Part shown: positions 19,594 to 28,925 of the stretch, in pieces
Position numbering within the stretch: position 1 is the first letter of the stretch
How the letters are laid out: every line of letters begins with the position of its first letter
DNA from: Verrucomicrobiota bacterium
Lineage (GTDB): Bacteria; Verrucomicrobiota; Verrucomicrobiia; Limisphaerales; SXQI01
Assembly: GCA_033762115.1 (NCBI GenBank)
Contig: JANRLX010000134.1
Span: 1 to 64,000, forward strand
DNA: 64,000 nucleotides
Direction of reading: 5' to 3'
Notes under the pieces: generated by a model
Databases searched by the model: none
What the model was told of the DNA's origin: nothing
What the model saw: only the letters and a program-made list of their open reading frames with translations
Position numbers and translations under genes: made by a program

Positions 19594-19609
19594 AGCAACG
19601 GATATGCCG
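19594..19609 (-). promoter_or_regulatory. Sigma-54 (-24/-12) promoter upstream of the porin gene
   Basis: Minus strand CGGCATATCCGTTGCT = GGCA-N6-TTGCT, with a long AT-rich upstream region. Confidence 0.7.
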
Positions 19610-20020
19610 AAGAGGGAGGAAAAGGAGATATCGATAAGGAGGAGCCGGTTTTCAGTTGTCGCGGTAACCAGTATAAACTAATAAATTGCTGGCTTTTTGA
19701 AGGGATTCTAAAAATGTTGGTAATTCTCAAAAACTTAAGCTGAAACCTATTTATTGAGTTTAAAAAAATTTTTCATGATAAAAGACCGCGCCAGTGGATT
19801 CGGTCGTTTTTCTTCAAAAGAGCCGTTAAAATGGGCTTTTTCTCTGGCTTGGCTGAAAAGTGTTGAAATCGTAACAATCTGCACAAAATACAACAGGTCC
19901 ATGAAGCCCTGGCAGTTTCCTGGAATCATTTCATTTCTGCTACTTTCTTGAATGTTTTTGGCAAAAATCGCTTAGCGAAAGCTGCTTTGCACAAGCATTC
20001 CTTCGAGGCATAATGGTGCC

Positions 20021-21076
20021 ATGGTTCACGCCGCAGCAAACGGGTTGTTTTTGGAAGAAAGCGTTTCTTTGAGAGAACGGTTCCTGAGGGCCTTCCGTTT
20101 CATGCTCCTTTCAAGGATACTGGATGAAAAACTGGCGAGCCTTTATCGGGCAGGGAAAATTCCCGGTGGGGGTGTTTACCTGGGGAAAGGACAGGAAGCG
20201 CTCAGTGCTTCCATCGGCTCTACCTTAAGAAAGGGGGATATTTTTGCGCCGCTGATTCGTGACGGAGCAGGGCGCCTGGCTTTTGGAGAAACAGTCCTTG
20301 ATGCAGTCCGCACTTGTCTTGGTTCTCCCTTGGGACCGATGCGTGCGCGGGACGGTAATGTACATCGTGGAAAGCCGCGGGAGGGCTATTTCCCTATGAT
20401 TAGCCACCTTGGCGCGATGCTATCCGTGGTGAATGGCGCTCTCATGGCCAAGCGTTTCAAGGGGATCAAAAACGTTGTTGGCGCAACCTGTATTGGTGAA
20501 GGTGGCACCTCCACTGGTGCGTGGCATGAAGGTTTAAACCAGGCCGCAGTCGAGAGGCTCCCGCTGGTGCTTATTGTGGCGGACAACCAGTACGCCTATT
20601 CCACCCCCAAAAGCCGTCAATTCGCGTGTGATTCCATTGTGGACCGTGCTCCCGGCTACGGGGTCACAGGACATGTGGTGGATGCAACGAACCTCGAGGA
20701 ATGTTTGGAAGTGGTGGGGAGAGCCGTGGACAATGCCCGATCCGGCGGAGGGCCTCAGCTTGTCGTTGGCAATCTGCTTCGGCTTTGCGGTCACGGAGAG
20801 CATGATGACGCCGGGTACATTGACGCAAAACTTAAAGAATCCTGTCTTGGAAGGGATTCCCTTGAAGTGGCCCAGCAATACTTGATCGAAAAGAACTGGC
20901 TTGATGCCTCATCCATTGAGCGACTCCGTTCAGATGCTTCCTCTCAGGTGGAGGAGGCTGTTGGGATTGTCCAGCGGGAGCCAATGCCTGACCCATACAA
21001 AGAAAATTGGAGCGCGCTTTCCTGCAAGCATCTAACCGAAGGCCATCTCAGCGAACAGGAGGAAGGTGGACACTGA
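20021..21076 (+). CDS. TPP-dependent 2-oxoacid dehydrogenase E1 alpha subunit
   Basis: GQEA, IGEGGTSTG...EGLNQA...DNQYAYST, RLCGHGEHD. Confidence 0.9.
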   Translation: MVHAAANGLFLEESVSLRERFLRAFRFMLLSRILDEKLASLYRAGKIPGGGVYLGKGQEALSASIGSTLRKGDIFAPLIRDGAGRLAFGETVLDAVRTCLGSPLGPMRARDGNVHRGKPREGYFPMISHLGAMLSVVNGALMAKRFKGIKNVVGATCIGEGGTSTGAWHEGLNQAAVERLPLVLIVADNQYAYSTPKSRQFACDSIVDRAPGYGVTGHVVDATNLEECLEVVGRAVDNARSGGGPQLVVGNLLRLCGHGEHDDAGYIDAKLKESCLGRDSLEVAQQYLIEKNWLDASSIERLRSDASSQVEEAVGIVQREPMPDPYKENWSALSCKHLTEGHLSEQEEGGH

Positions 21077-21299
21077 ACCGCTCAAATGCCCCAATGAAAC
21101 GTGTGGGTTGTGCGGTGCAAAATTCCGCTGCGAAGTCGCGGCTGGCCAGGGAAGCTGTTGGTGTTTTCAGTTTCCGCCGCTGAACAGCAGGCTGGAGTCA
21201 AACAATTGCGTTTGCCCCAGCTGTCTGTCTGAAGCCTCCAGGGCTCAGGTCGCTGAAGGACGGGGTTGCACATCCGGCACACCCATCCCACGAGCTTGA
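21066..21299 (+). CDS. Cysteine-rich CWC family protein
   Basis: CGLCGAKFRC...SCWC...CVCPSCL pattern; overlaps the E1-alpha end. Confidence 0.7.
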   Translation: MDTEPLKCPNETCGLCGAKFRCEVAAGQGSCWCFQFPPLNSRLESNNCVCPSCLSEASRAQVAEGRGCTSGTPIPRA

Positions 21300-21826
21300 G
21301 CAAACGTTACCTTCGACCTCAGCAATAAAGTTCCGAGGCAAAGATCAGCCAGCGGCAGCACCACGTTAAAATTCTTGTGCATATAACGGTGGTGCAGCAG
21401 ATGATGGCCGTTCAAACGAAAGAAAATCCCGGCTCGCTCCACCCGGCGCTTTTTCGGCACATGCATGCACCAGTGAAGATATTCATACATTGCGTAATAA
21501 CCGCAGGAGACGACAAAAGAGCCCACCACCAGACCCCAATGCCCGGTGATCCAGGAGGCGATCAGGAAGGGAACCTGACACAAAAGCACAAGCACAGGTC
21601 CGTTCCACCAGGCCATTGCAACGATATCCTTTGTTCCCTCATTCTGCAGGTGATAAGTGTGATCAGCTTTAAAGACCTGATGATGCACCAGTGCGTGTGC
21701 GCGAAAAGGATATTGAAAAGGGCCTACTGGCCGATGCATTACATAACGATGCAAAACCCACTCGAAAAATGAGGCGAAGATGATGCCAAGACCAAACCCT
21801 GCAAGACTCCACAAAAAGAATGACAT
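21245..21826 (-). CDS. Fatty acid hydroxylase / sterol desaturase family membrane protein
   Basis: Histidine boxes HRYVMH, HALVHH, HWCMH and HHLLHH; TM helices. Confidence 0.85.
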   Translation of the reverse strand: MSFFLWSLAGFGLGIIFASFFEWVLHRYVMHRPVGPFQYPFRAHALVHHQVFKADHTYHLQNEGTKDIVAMAWWNGPVLVLLCQVPFLIASWITGHWGLVVGSFVVSCGYYAMYEYLHWCMHVPKKRRVERAGIFFRLNGHHLLHHRYMHKNFNVVLPLADLCLGTLLLRSKVTFAQARGMGVPDVQPRPSAT

Positions 21827-21857
21827 GGGACAAGAAGCTTTACTGAACTGAAAGTTG

Positions 21858-21894
21858 AAAAGCGGAAGGGCCGCTGGAAAACGGCCCATTCCGG
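21858..21894 (-). terminator. Terminator-like hairpin after the RRM gene
   Basis: Minus strand CGGAATGGGCCG...CGGCCCTTCCG followed by CTTTT. Confidence 0.55.
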
Positions 21895-21904
21895 ATGAAG
21901 AAAA

Positions 21905-22276
21905 TTAATAACGACCACGACCGCCACCACCACGGTCATCACGGCCACGACCGCCGCCCCCACCACCGCCACCGCCGCGGTATCCACCGCCACCACCGCC
22001 GCCGCCACCAGAACGTGGGGGACGATCTTCACGAGGACGAGCTTCGTTAACAGTCAATGGACGGCCATCCAGGCTGGCGCCGTTCATCGCTTGAATTGCA
22101 GTCTGGGCTTCTTCAGGGGAAGCCATGGTCACAAAGGCAAACCCGCGAGGGCGGCCTGTTGCGCGATCCATCACCAGATTCACATCGGTCACTGTGCCAT
22201 GCACAGCAAACGCGTCCTGGAGATCATTTTCAGTGGTGTTGAAGGAAAGATTTCCCACAAACAGTTTTGTACTCAT
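21905..22276 (-). CDS. RRM RNA-binding protein with Gly/RGG-rich tail
   Basis: RNP2 LFVGNL, RNP1 RGFAFV, poly-Gly/RGG tail. Confidence 0.95.
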   Translation of the reverse strand: MSTKLFVGNLSFNTTENDLQDAFAVHGTVTDVNLVMDRATGRPRGFAFVTMASPEEAQTAIQAMNGASLDGRPLTVNEARPREDRPPRSGGGGGGGGGYRGGGGGGGGGRGRDDRGGGGRGRY

Positions 22277-22485
22277 ATGATTAACCCTTAGAACAATGTC
22301 GAACCTGGACCTGTATCCCTCCTTTGGGACACTGAATCATCACTGAATACAGAACAGTAGGACGATTTCTCAGACCGAACTCAAACAACTTGTCTAAGTA
22401 ACCTCAATTCTCGGTGAATAAAAAGATTAAGCAAGCGAAATTTTCCTTTGCTTTGCCTCCCTGATCCCTTCTGATATTTTCAATC

Positions 22486-23361
22486 GTGCTGCAAACATTT
22501 CCCGATTCAACACTGGTTCTTTTAGGCCACGGTTCGACCCTCAATCCTGACTCCGCAGCTCCGACCCACCAGCACGCGGATATCATCCGGCAAAGAAATC
22601 TCTTTTCCCAGGTGCTGGAAGGATTTTGGAAGGAGGAACCTATTTTTGCAGCGGTGTTGCGGGGAGCGCTTGAACCCAATGTTTTTATTGTCCCACTATT
22701 CATCAGCGATGGTTATTTTACCGAGGAGGTCATTCCCCGTGAACTCGGTTTCCCGTTAATCGGGGAAAATCGTTATGCGAAAACCCGCACTGCACAGGGC
22801 CAAACTTTTTATTACTGTGACCCGGTCGGGACTCACCCCGGCATGACCAACGCGCTCCTTGCCCGCGCCTCAGCCATTGTTCAGCAATATCCGTTTCCTC
22901 GCGCTCCCAGGACGCAGGATATTGCGTTGTTCATCGCTGGACATGGCACGGGAAATAATGAGAACTCCCGTATCGCCATTGAGGCCCAGATGGACATCAT
23001 CAGAAAGCTCAATTTGTATGCGGAGGTTCATGCCGTATTTATGGAGGAGGAACCTCGCATTGCGGATTGTTATCGAATGGCTTCGTCCCGCAATATTGTC
23101 ATGGTGCCTTTCTTCATCAGTGATGGCCTGCATTCCTATGAAGACATTCCCGTGATGCTGGGGGAACCGGAACGGATCGTGCAAACCCGCTTCAAGGCAG
23201 GGCAGCCGACCTGGCGTAATCCATCTGAAAAAAAGGGCAAGCTGGTTTGGTACACGCCCAGTATCGGAAACGAACCTTTTATTACTGAAATCATTCTCCA
23301 GCGCGTTCGGGAGGCCCGAAATCTCCATGCTCCTGCCTCCGGTCCTCTCCCCGTTTCATAA
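22486..23361 (+). CDS. CbiX/SirB-type chelatase domain protein (two domains)
   Basis: Two repeats of GHGS/GHGT...VP(L/F)FISDG; HSYEDIP. Confidence 0.8.
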   Translation: MLQTFPDSTLVLLGHGSTLNPDSAAPTHQHADIIRQRNLFSQVLEGFWKEEPIFAAVLRGALEPNVFIVPLFISDGYFTEEVIPRELGFPLIGENRYAKTRTAQGQTFYYCDPVGTHPGMTNALLARASAIVQQYPFPRAPRTQDIALFIAGHGTGNNENSRIAIEAQMDIIRKLNLYAEVHAVFMEEEPRIADCYRMASSRNIVMVPFFISDGLHSYEDIPVMLGEPERIVQTRFKAGQPTWRNPSEKKGKLVWYTPSIGNEPFITEIILQRVREARNLHAPASGPLPVS

Positions 23362-23481
23362 TATGTTCTGCTCCCTAATTTTGAATGTTTCCCCGGTTGA
23401 CGCGTCGAAGGAAGTAACAAAGCTGTCACAATAATGTGATTGCAAGGGTTGAAGTAAATGAACAGACTTTGCTCGTTCCCC

Positions 23482-23682
23482 ATGAACGAAGGTATCCAGA
23501 TTCCATCCCACAAGGATGTGGCGCAGCTGCAAAGTCCCAAGATTTGTGGATTATTGCATAGCGCTGGCATTTATTATGCCCAACTTCAATTGGAGGTTGG
23601 ACAGGCGCCTGTTTCCATTGCTCTGCATGGGATTACCACTCCATTGCAGGCTGAACAGGCCATCCAGGCGTTTTCCCGCTAA
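23482..23682 (+). CDS. Small hypothetical protein (~66 aa)
   Basis: ORF MNEGIQIPSHKDV... fills an otherwise empty intergenic space; no recognised domain. Confidence 0.4.
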   Translation: MNEGIQIPSHKDVAQLQSPKICGLLHSAGIYYAQLQLEVGQAPVSIALHGITTPLQAEQAIQAFSR

Positions 23683-23779
23683 CCCTTTTAACGAAACAAG
23701 GGTTGGTTTTCTTTCCTTATAATTGCTGTCTTCTAAGCCAGAGTATTTAATCTGGAAACCTATAAATATCCAGCAGCGT

Positions 23780-23943
23780 CTTGCTGGGATTTTGGCCGAC
23801 GGCCACAGCCCATGCGAGGAGGAGAGTGGCATGATGAGAGTTTCAGACTTATGCGAGGGGTGTCGCCAATGGAGATTTTAAGTGGATGGGCTGGGTTTTT
23901 AACTTCGTTGCGCCTCGCATCTGGCTAAAATCCCAATCGCAAG
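23780..23943. repeat. Nested inverted-repeat element (MITE/REP-like or structured RNA)
   Basis: CTTGC-TGGGATTTTGGCC / GGCTAAAATCCCA-ATC-GCAAG outer arms; inner CAGCCCAT/ATGGGCTG and ATGCGAGG/CCTCGCAT. Confidence 0.55.
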
Positions 23944-23970
23944 TTGTCCATTAAAGAGATGACTTCTAAT

Positions 23971-24006
23971 AAAAATAAGCCCTTCCTGATAAAGGAAGGG
24001 CTTATT
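23971..24006 (-). terminator. Intrinsic terminator after the prepilin-domain gene
   Basis: AATAAGCCCTTCCT / AGGAAGGGCTTATT perfect stem with an A-tract on the left. Confidence 0.8.
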
Positions 24007-24022
24007 GAAAAGGGTTTAACGA

Positions 24023-24772
24023 TTATTGTTCGAAAACCAAACCGGTGGTGTTGGTTCTCCAGTTACTTTGCGTAGCCCACATATTCAGTGGGCGGAACGA
24101 TTTACCAAATTTCAGGAAGCGGGTGCTTCCATCCGCAAATGCAAAATTGGATCCTCCGCCCTGGCTTTTATTATTTTGGGTTGAATGGCGGTTTTGCTCC
24201 ACTTCGGTTACGTCATTTCCAGTTCCACCTGTTCCTGCTTCCATGAAATCCATGAAATAATGCGCCGATTCATTTGATTTTTCCCCAAAAAGAATGGTTT
24301 CACTCGGCTCCATGATGCCGGTTTCCTTCATCGATTTTCCAACGATTGCATTCATATTGAAGGCACTGCCCATTTGAGCATGGAAATAATCGTTCCAGCC
24401 ATTGATGATATAACTTCTCGGCGCAGTGTCAGCCGGAAGGTTGGTCGGCGTTGCCTGGCTTGCGGGAGGTTTTGGCCCATCAGTCGGGCAACGAAGGATT
24501 TTTAAATCCCTGTAACCCGGTTGCAATTTTGTTGTCCAGCGAGGAATCGGATCCCCGGTGGCCCGTTCGGGATGAGTGCCTTCATTATCATCCGTGTACA
24601 TCACGAGGGAAACGCCCATTTGCCGCAAATTATTCACGCAGGAAATCCGTCGCGCGGCTTCCTTCGCGCGGGAAAGGGAAGGGAGCAACATCCCGGCTAA
24701 AATTGCAATGATGGCAATCACCACCAAAAGCTCGATCAATGTAAACGCTGCAACTGTTCGTTCCTTTTTCAT
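24023..24772 (-). CDS. Prepilin-type N-terminal cleavage/methylation protein (DUF1559, H-X9-DG-like C-terminus)
   Basis: [33 protein letters not shown]...SNFAFADG. Confidence 0.9.
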   Translation of the reverse strand: MKKERTVAAFTLIELLVVIAIIAILAGMLLPSLSRAKEAARRISCVNNLRQMGVSLVMYTDDNEGTHPERATGDPIPRWTTKLQPGYRDLKILRCPTDGPKPPASQATPTNLPADTAPRSYIINGWNDYFHAQMGSAFNMNAIVGKSMKETGIMEPSETILFGEKSNESAHYFMDFMEAGTGGTGNDVTEVEQNRHSTQNNKSQGGGSNFAFADGSTRFLKFGKSFRPLNMWATQSNWRTNTTGLVFEQ

Positions 24773-24852
24773 GATTGTTGAGAGCTTGAATCTTCCTGTC
24801 AGCCTGGTTGAAGATTCGAATAAATCCTGCTTAAATCCGTCCAGCAGTGTGA

Positions 24853-25302
24853 ATGACGAAGAGCAACATTTTTCTTGTGACGCTCGCGGTTCTGCTGGCC
24901 GCCGTTTATTCCTACTATTTTACAGACTGGTTCAAAAAACCGACTATTCAAATTATTGCTGCCTCAGTGCCTGTCGGACCTCTGGTTCAGGGAGGTGAAA
25001 CTCAACCGGTTCAGTTTACATTCGATAAAAAATATGCACTCACCTCAATCAAGGTCATTTCCTCGATCGCTCTTCACACCAACAAGCTTGCCACTCCGGC
25101 ATGGCACCTCACGACTCAATCGAATTCAGTGCCTTTACGCGGTTTTCGTTACGGCTTTCCCATTCCCGGAATGACCAACTCCAGCATCAAGCGTGGCTGT
25201 GATCAACTTCAGCCTCTGACCCCTTACACAATTATCGTGGAAGCGGGAAAAGCCCGGGGACAGGCCGAGTTTCTCCCGCAACCGATCCGAAAATCCGGTT
25301 GA
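24853..25302 (+). CDS. Hypothetical membrane-anchored protein
   Basis: N-terminal TM helix followed by a beta-rich domain. Confidence 0.6.
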   Translation: MTKSNIFLVTLAVLLAAVYSYYFTDWFKKPTIQIIAASVPVGPLVQGGETQPVQFTFDKKYALTSIKVISSIALHTNKLATPAWHLTTQSNSVPLRGFRYGFPIPGMTNSSIKRGCDQLQPLTPYTIIVEAGKARGQAEFLPQPIRKSG

Positions 25303-25308
25303 CGAAGA

Positions 25309-26253
25309 CTACTTTGTTTCTTTCCTGGCGGATGTTTTTCGCGGTGGATCGAGATACCGGTACGGGTTGCTCGGATTATCATTATCGTATGCAAAGGCAT
25401 CCCTGTTGGTCAGGAAATCCTTCACTCCCTGGACTGGAATGCAGAATCCCAGCCCCTCGCCAAAAGTCAGCTTCATATTCGTGACTCCCACTACCTCGCC
25501 ACGCAGGTTGAAGAGGGGGCCGCCGCTGTTTCCCGGATTGATTTGCGCGGTGGTTTGCATGTAAAGCTCCCCAAACAATTCCCGCGTTTTAGTGCTGATG
25601 ATTCCTTCTGTGACCGTTCTCTCCAGGCCAAGAGGGCTTCCAATTGCAAAAACAGCTTCACCTACCAAAACCCCGCTGCTCTCTCCCAACGGAACCCACT
25701 TAAATTCTGGTGCGTCCTTGTCTTCCACATGCAGCAGCGCGAGATCGGCGAATTTGTTCATCGCAATGATCCGCACATCTTTGTAACTGCGACGATCCAG
25801 TTGCCCTTTTCGTTGATGATAGACTTCAATCGAAATTTGAGTTTCTCCTTCGATCACATGAAAATTCGTGATCAGATAACCCTCTTCATTGATGAAAAAG
25901 CCGGAACCCAGCCCATCCGGCGTTCGCACCTGCACCACCGCTTCACCCAATTCTGCCACAAGCTCACGCACCGGTTTTTCCGGGCGCTCCCTGTTATCCT
26001 TGCGATACAGCGCCCCATCCTGTGTCATGGTTTTGGTCACTGTGTTGGTGTTGGGTGGCGCATCCCCTCTGATAACCTTCAGGATTTCCTTTGTCGGAAC
26101 ATTCAGGACCGTATAGCCCACATCAATTGCCACATGGTCTTTCTTTTGGGAAAGAATCTGCCCGGTGATTGCGGCATTCTCTTTCAATTCAAGTCGGTCC
26201 GCTCCCAAAAGCGATGAACAGAGCAGCGGTGCAATGATGAAATTCAAGCGCAT
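25309..26253 (-). CDS. Secreted trypsin-like (HtrA/S1C-type) serine protease without PDZ domain
   Basis: GSGF, TNFHV (His), DLALL (Asp), INPGNSGGPL (Ser). Confidence 0.9.
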   Translation of the reverse strand: MRLNFIIAPLLCSSLLGADRLELKENAAITGQILSQKKDHVAIDVGYTVLNVPTKEILKVIRGDAPPNTNTVTKTMTQDGALYRKDNRERPEKPVRELVAELGEAVVQVRTPDGLGSGFFINEEGYLITNFHVIEGETQISIEVYHQRKGQLDRRSYKDVRIIAMNKFADLALLHVEDKDAPEFKWVPLGESSGVLVGEAVFAIGSPLGLERTVTEGIISTKTRELFGELYMQTTAQINPGNSGGPLFNLRGEVVGVTNMKLTFGEGLGFCIPVQGVKDFLTNRDAFAYDNDNPSNPYRYLDPPRKTSARKETK

Positions 26254-26459
26254 GCAGGACCCACAGTAGCGCGTTAAACCTTCCTGACAAGCGCCTCTGT
26301 TGCAACCAACGCAATTGATTCAATTCTCGTCCGTTTTCTTTAATGAAATAGTGCTCGGAATTCCGGCGGGATACGCTAACCTTTGGCCGGTTTTTTGCTG
26401 GTCACTTTGACGAATGGTCGCAAACTGTCCAAAGATGTGTCAAAATCGCACCTAATTTC

Positions 26460-27101
26460 ATGAAGGCTCCCGATTTGAATCTTAGCTGGTTTGATTTACT
26501 AGTCATCGCGGTGCTCCTGATTGGTGTCTGGCGCGGCAAAAAGCGGGGGATGTCCGAGGAATTGCTCGAAGTGCTTCAATGGCTGGCAATCATTATGGTT
26601 TCCGCCCTGATTTATAAAGCTTTGGGGGATGCCATTGCAGATTACACCCGCCTATCCGTCCCAATTTCACACGTGATTGCCTATGTGGTTGTTGCCATTC
26701 TTATCAAACTGCTCTTCACCACCATCAAGAAAGCAGTTGGTGAAAAACTTGTTCAGTCGGATGCTTTCGGCCCTTTGGAATATTATCTCGGCATGATGGC
26801 CGGGGCGCTCCGCTTTTTTTGTGTGCTGTTGTTTCTGCTGTCGCTTCTTCACTCGGTTTATATCAGTGAAGCGGAACGGAAACGACAAGCCCAGGTGCAG
26901 CAGGAAAATTTTGGTTCCATCTCCTTTCCCACCATCGGCAGTTTGCAACAATCCATTTTTTATGAATCAGCTTCCGGTCCCTTGATTCGTAAATATTTGA
27001 AAGCTCAACTGATCGAACCAGTTCAGGCAGGCCCGCGGCGGAGTGACAACATCATCCGTCGGCGTGAACGGAGCGTCGATGAAATCATTGAAAACCGATG
27101 A
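26460..27101 (+). CDS. CvpA (colicin V production) family membrane protein
   Basis: FDLLVIAVLLIGVWRGKKRG, four TM helices, LGMMAGALR. Confidence 0.75.
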   Translation: MKAPDLNLSWFDLLVIAVLLIGVWRGKKRGMSEELLEVLQWLAIIMVSALIYKALGDAIADYTRLSVPISHVIAYVVVAILIKLLFTTIKKAVGEKLVQSDAFGPLEYYLGMMAGALRFFCVLLFLLSLLHSVYISEAERKRQAQVQQENFGSISFPTIGSLQQSIFYESASGPLIRKYLKAQLIEPVQAGPRRSDNIIRRRERSVDEIIENR

Positions 27102-27104
27102 TCG

Positions 27105-28916
27105 ATGCCTGTCATCCCGCCTGATTTCCTGGAGAAAGTCCGTAGCTCAAATGACATTGTGGATGTCATCGGGGCAGTTATTCCGCTCAAACGCGCTGGC
27201 GCAAATTTCGTTGGCCTTTGCCCTTTTCATAAGGAAAAAAGTCCCAGCTTCAATGTCAACCCGCAGCGGCAGATCTTTCATTGTTTTGGTTGTCACAAAG
27301 GGGGAGACATTTTCACCTTTACCAAGGAATACGAAAACCTCTCGTTTGTGGAAGCAGTCAAGCGATTGGCTGAACGCGCCCGAATTCCGTTTGAGTTTGA
27401 TAAAACCCCTGGTCAGGAAAAGCAGCAATTTCTCAAGGACACTCTTCTCCACATTCATGAGGAAATCACCCAGCGCTGGCAGCAGGCGCTGAAAAACGAT
27501 GCTGCCGGAAAGATCGCCCGTGACTATCTTGTAAAAAGAGGAGTTTCACCTGAAGCCATCGCAAAATTTCGGATCGGTTATGCGCCAGATGCCTGGGACG
27601 ATACCGTAAACTGGGCGAAGCACCGTGGATTCAGCCCGGAAATGATTACTTCCGCCGGGCTCATCATTCCCCGCGAACAGGGAGGAGGATATTATGACCG
27701 GTTCCGAGGCAGGTTGATGTTTCCCATTTGTGATGAGCAGGGGAGAGTGATCGGATTCAGCGGACGAGTGTTGAGCGGCGATGAAAAAACCGCCAAATAT
27801 GTGAATTCACCGGAAACTCCGCTCTTCATCAAAAGCAAAGTTATCTTCGGTCTGGATAAAGCCAAACGAGCGCTTCTCGACCGGCAGTTCGCCATTATTT
27901 GTGAGGGACAGCTGGATACCATCGCCTGCCACATGGCCGGTGTCCAAAATGTCGTGGCCCCTCAAGGCACTGCCCTGACCGGTGAGCAGACGCGCATCCT
28001 CAAACGTTACGTAAATGAGGTGGTTCTTTGTTTTGATTCCGATGCCGCCGGACAAAAAGCCACGATCCGTGCTCTTGACGATCTGATCAGTTCCGGCCTG
28101 GCCATCCGTGTGGCAAAGATTCCTGCACCTCACGACCCGGACAGCTACCTCAAAGCGTTTGGTGCGGAGGCATTCACGAGTCTCGTCAGTCAGGCAGAAG
28201 GTTTTTTTGATTTTTATCTGAACCAACTCTGCGCCTCGCATGACATCAGTACGGACATTGGGCAGCAGACAATTGTGAAATTGATGGCGCAGGCAGTTCA
28301 AAAAACCGGCGATCAAACATTAATCGATAAATACGCACGCAAAGCGGCGGCGCGAATGGGAGTGCTGGCGACCAATGCGACAAAACAGTTCACCAAAATT
28401 GCGCGCCTTAGCCAAAATCCCGTCAGGCCCACGCCAGAGTCTGAGGAAACGCTCCACGCGGAGGAATCCTCCCCTCCTTCAACAATGGAATATTGGTTGC
28501 TTAAATTGATTTTGGTTTCTGATGAGCCGCTCGAGTGGGTCCATACGCATCTGGATTTGAATTGGATTCACCATCCGATTGTGCGGACAATTCTGGGCCT
28601 CCGGCTCTCTCCCACTGAAGATGGATTCTGGCCGCTTCTGCCCAGCATCATGGATCGTTTACCCGACCAGCAATCACGTAATTTACTCTCAGAGGCAGCT
28701 TCTGAGGGTCGTTCGATCCCCAACCTGCAACAGCAGTTGAACGACATTCTGATCAAACTGCGCAACGCTCATCTGGATGCGCAATTATCCACCATGAAAG
28801 CAGCGATTGAAACCCCGGGGCTGAGTCAGGATCAGCAGTTGCAGATTCTTCGGGATCAGAACCGCCTTCGCTCGATGAAAAAATCACCGCTTGTCCCAAT
28901 CAGTGACGAATCGTAG
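27105..28916 (+). CDS. dnaG: DNA primase
   Basis: CPFHKEKSPSF...CFGC Zn finger, DRFRGRLMFPI, KYVNSPET, TOPRIM EGQLD/FDSD/DPD. Confidence 0.98.
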   Translation: MPVIPPDFLEKVRSSNDIVDVIGAVIPLKRAGANFVGLCPFHKEKSPSFNVNPQRQIFHCFGCHKGGDIFTFTKEYENLSFVEAVKRLAERARIPFEFDKTPGQEKQQFLKDTLLHIHEEITQRWQQALKNDAAGKIARDYLVKRGVSPEAIAKFRIGYAPDAWDDTVNWAKHRGFSPEMITSAGLIIPREQGGGYYDRFRGRLMFPICDEQGRVIGFSGRVLSGDEKTAKYVNSPETPLFIKSKVIFGLDKAKRALLDRQFAIICEGQLDTIACHMAGVQNVVAPQGTALTGEQTRILKRYVNEVVLCFDSDAAGQKATIRALDDLISSGLAIRVAKIPAPHDPDSYLKAFGAEAFTSLVSQAEGFFDFYLNQLCASHDISTDIGQQTIVKLMAQAVQKTGDQTLIDKYARKAAARMGVLATNATKQFTKIARLSQNPVRPTPESEETLHAEESSPPSTMEYWLLKLILVSDEPLEWVHTHLDLNWIHHPIVRTILGLRLSPTEDGFWPLLPSIMDRLPDQQSRNLLSEAASEGRSIPNLQQQLNDILIKLRNAHLDAQLSTMKAAIETPGLSQDQQLQILRDQNRLRSMKKSPLVPISDES

Positions 28917-28925
28917 TCCGGTTTC

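Noticed and set aside
18184..19980. Riboswitch (e.g. guanidine/ykkC) or canonical NtrC palindromes upstream of the urea transport genes
   Set aside because: No recognisable aptamer consensus and only partial GCAC half-sites; cannot be supported by eye
21910..22012. CCACCACCG/CCGCCG tandem repeats as a CRISPR array or VNTR
   Set aside because: They encode the poly-Gly/RGG tail of the RRM protein; there is no repeat-spacer structure
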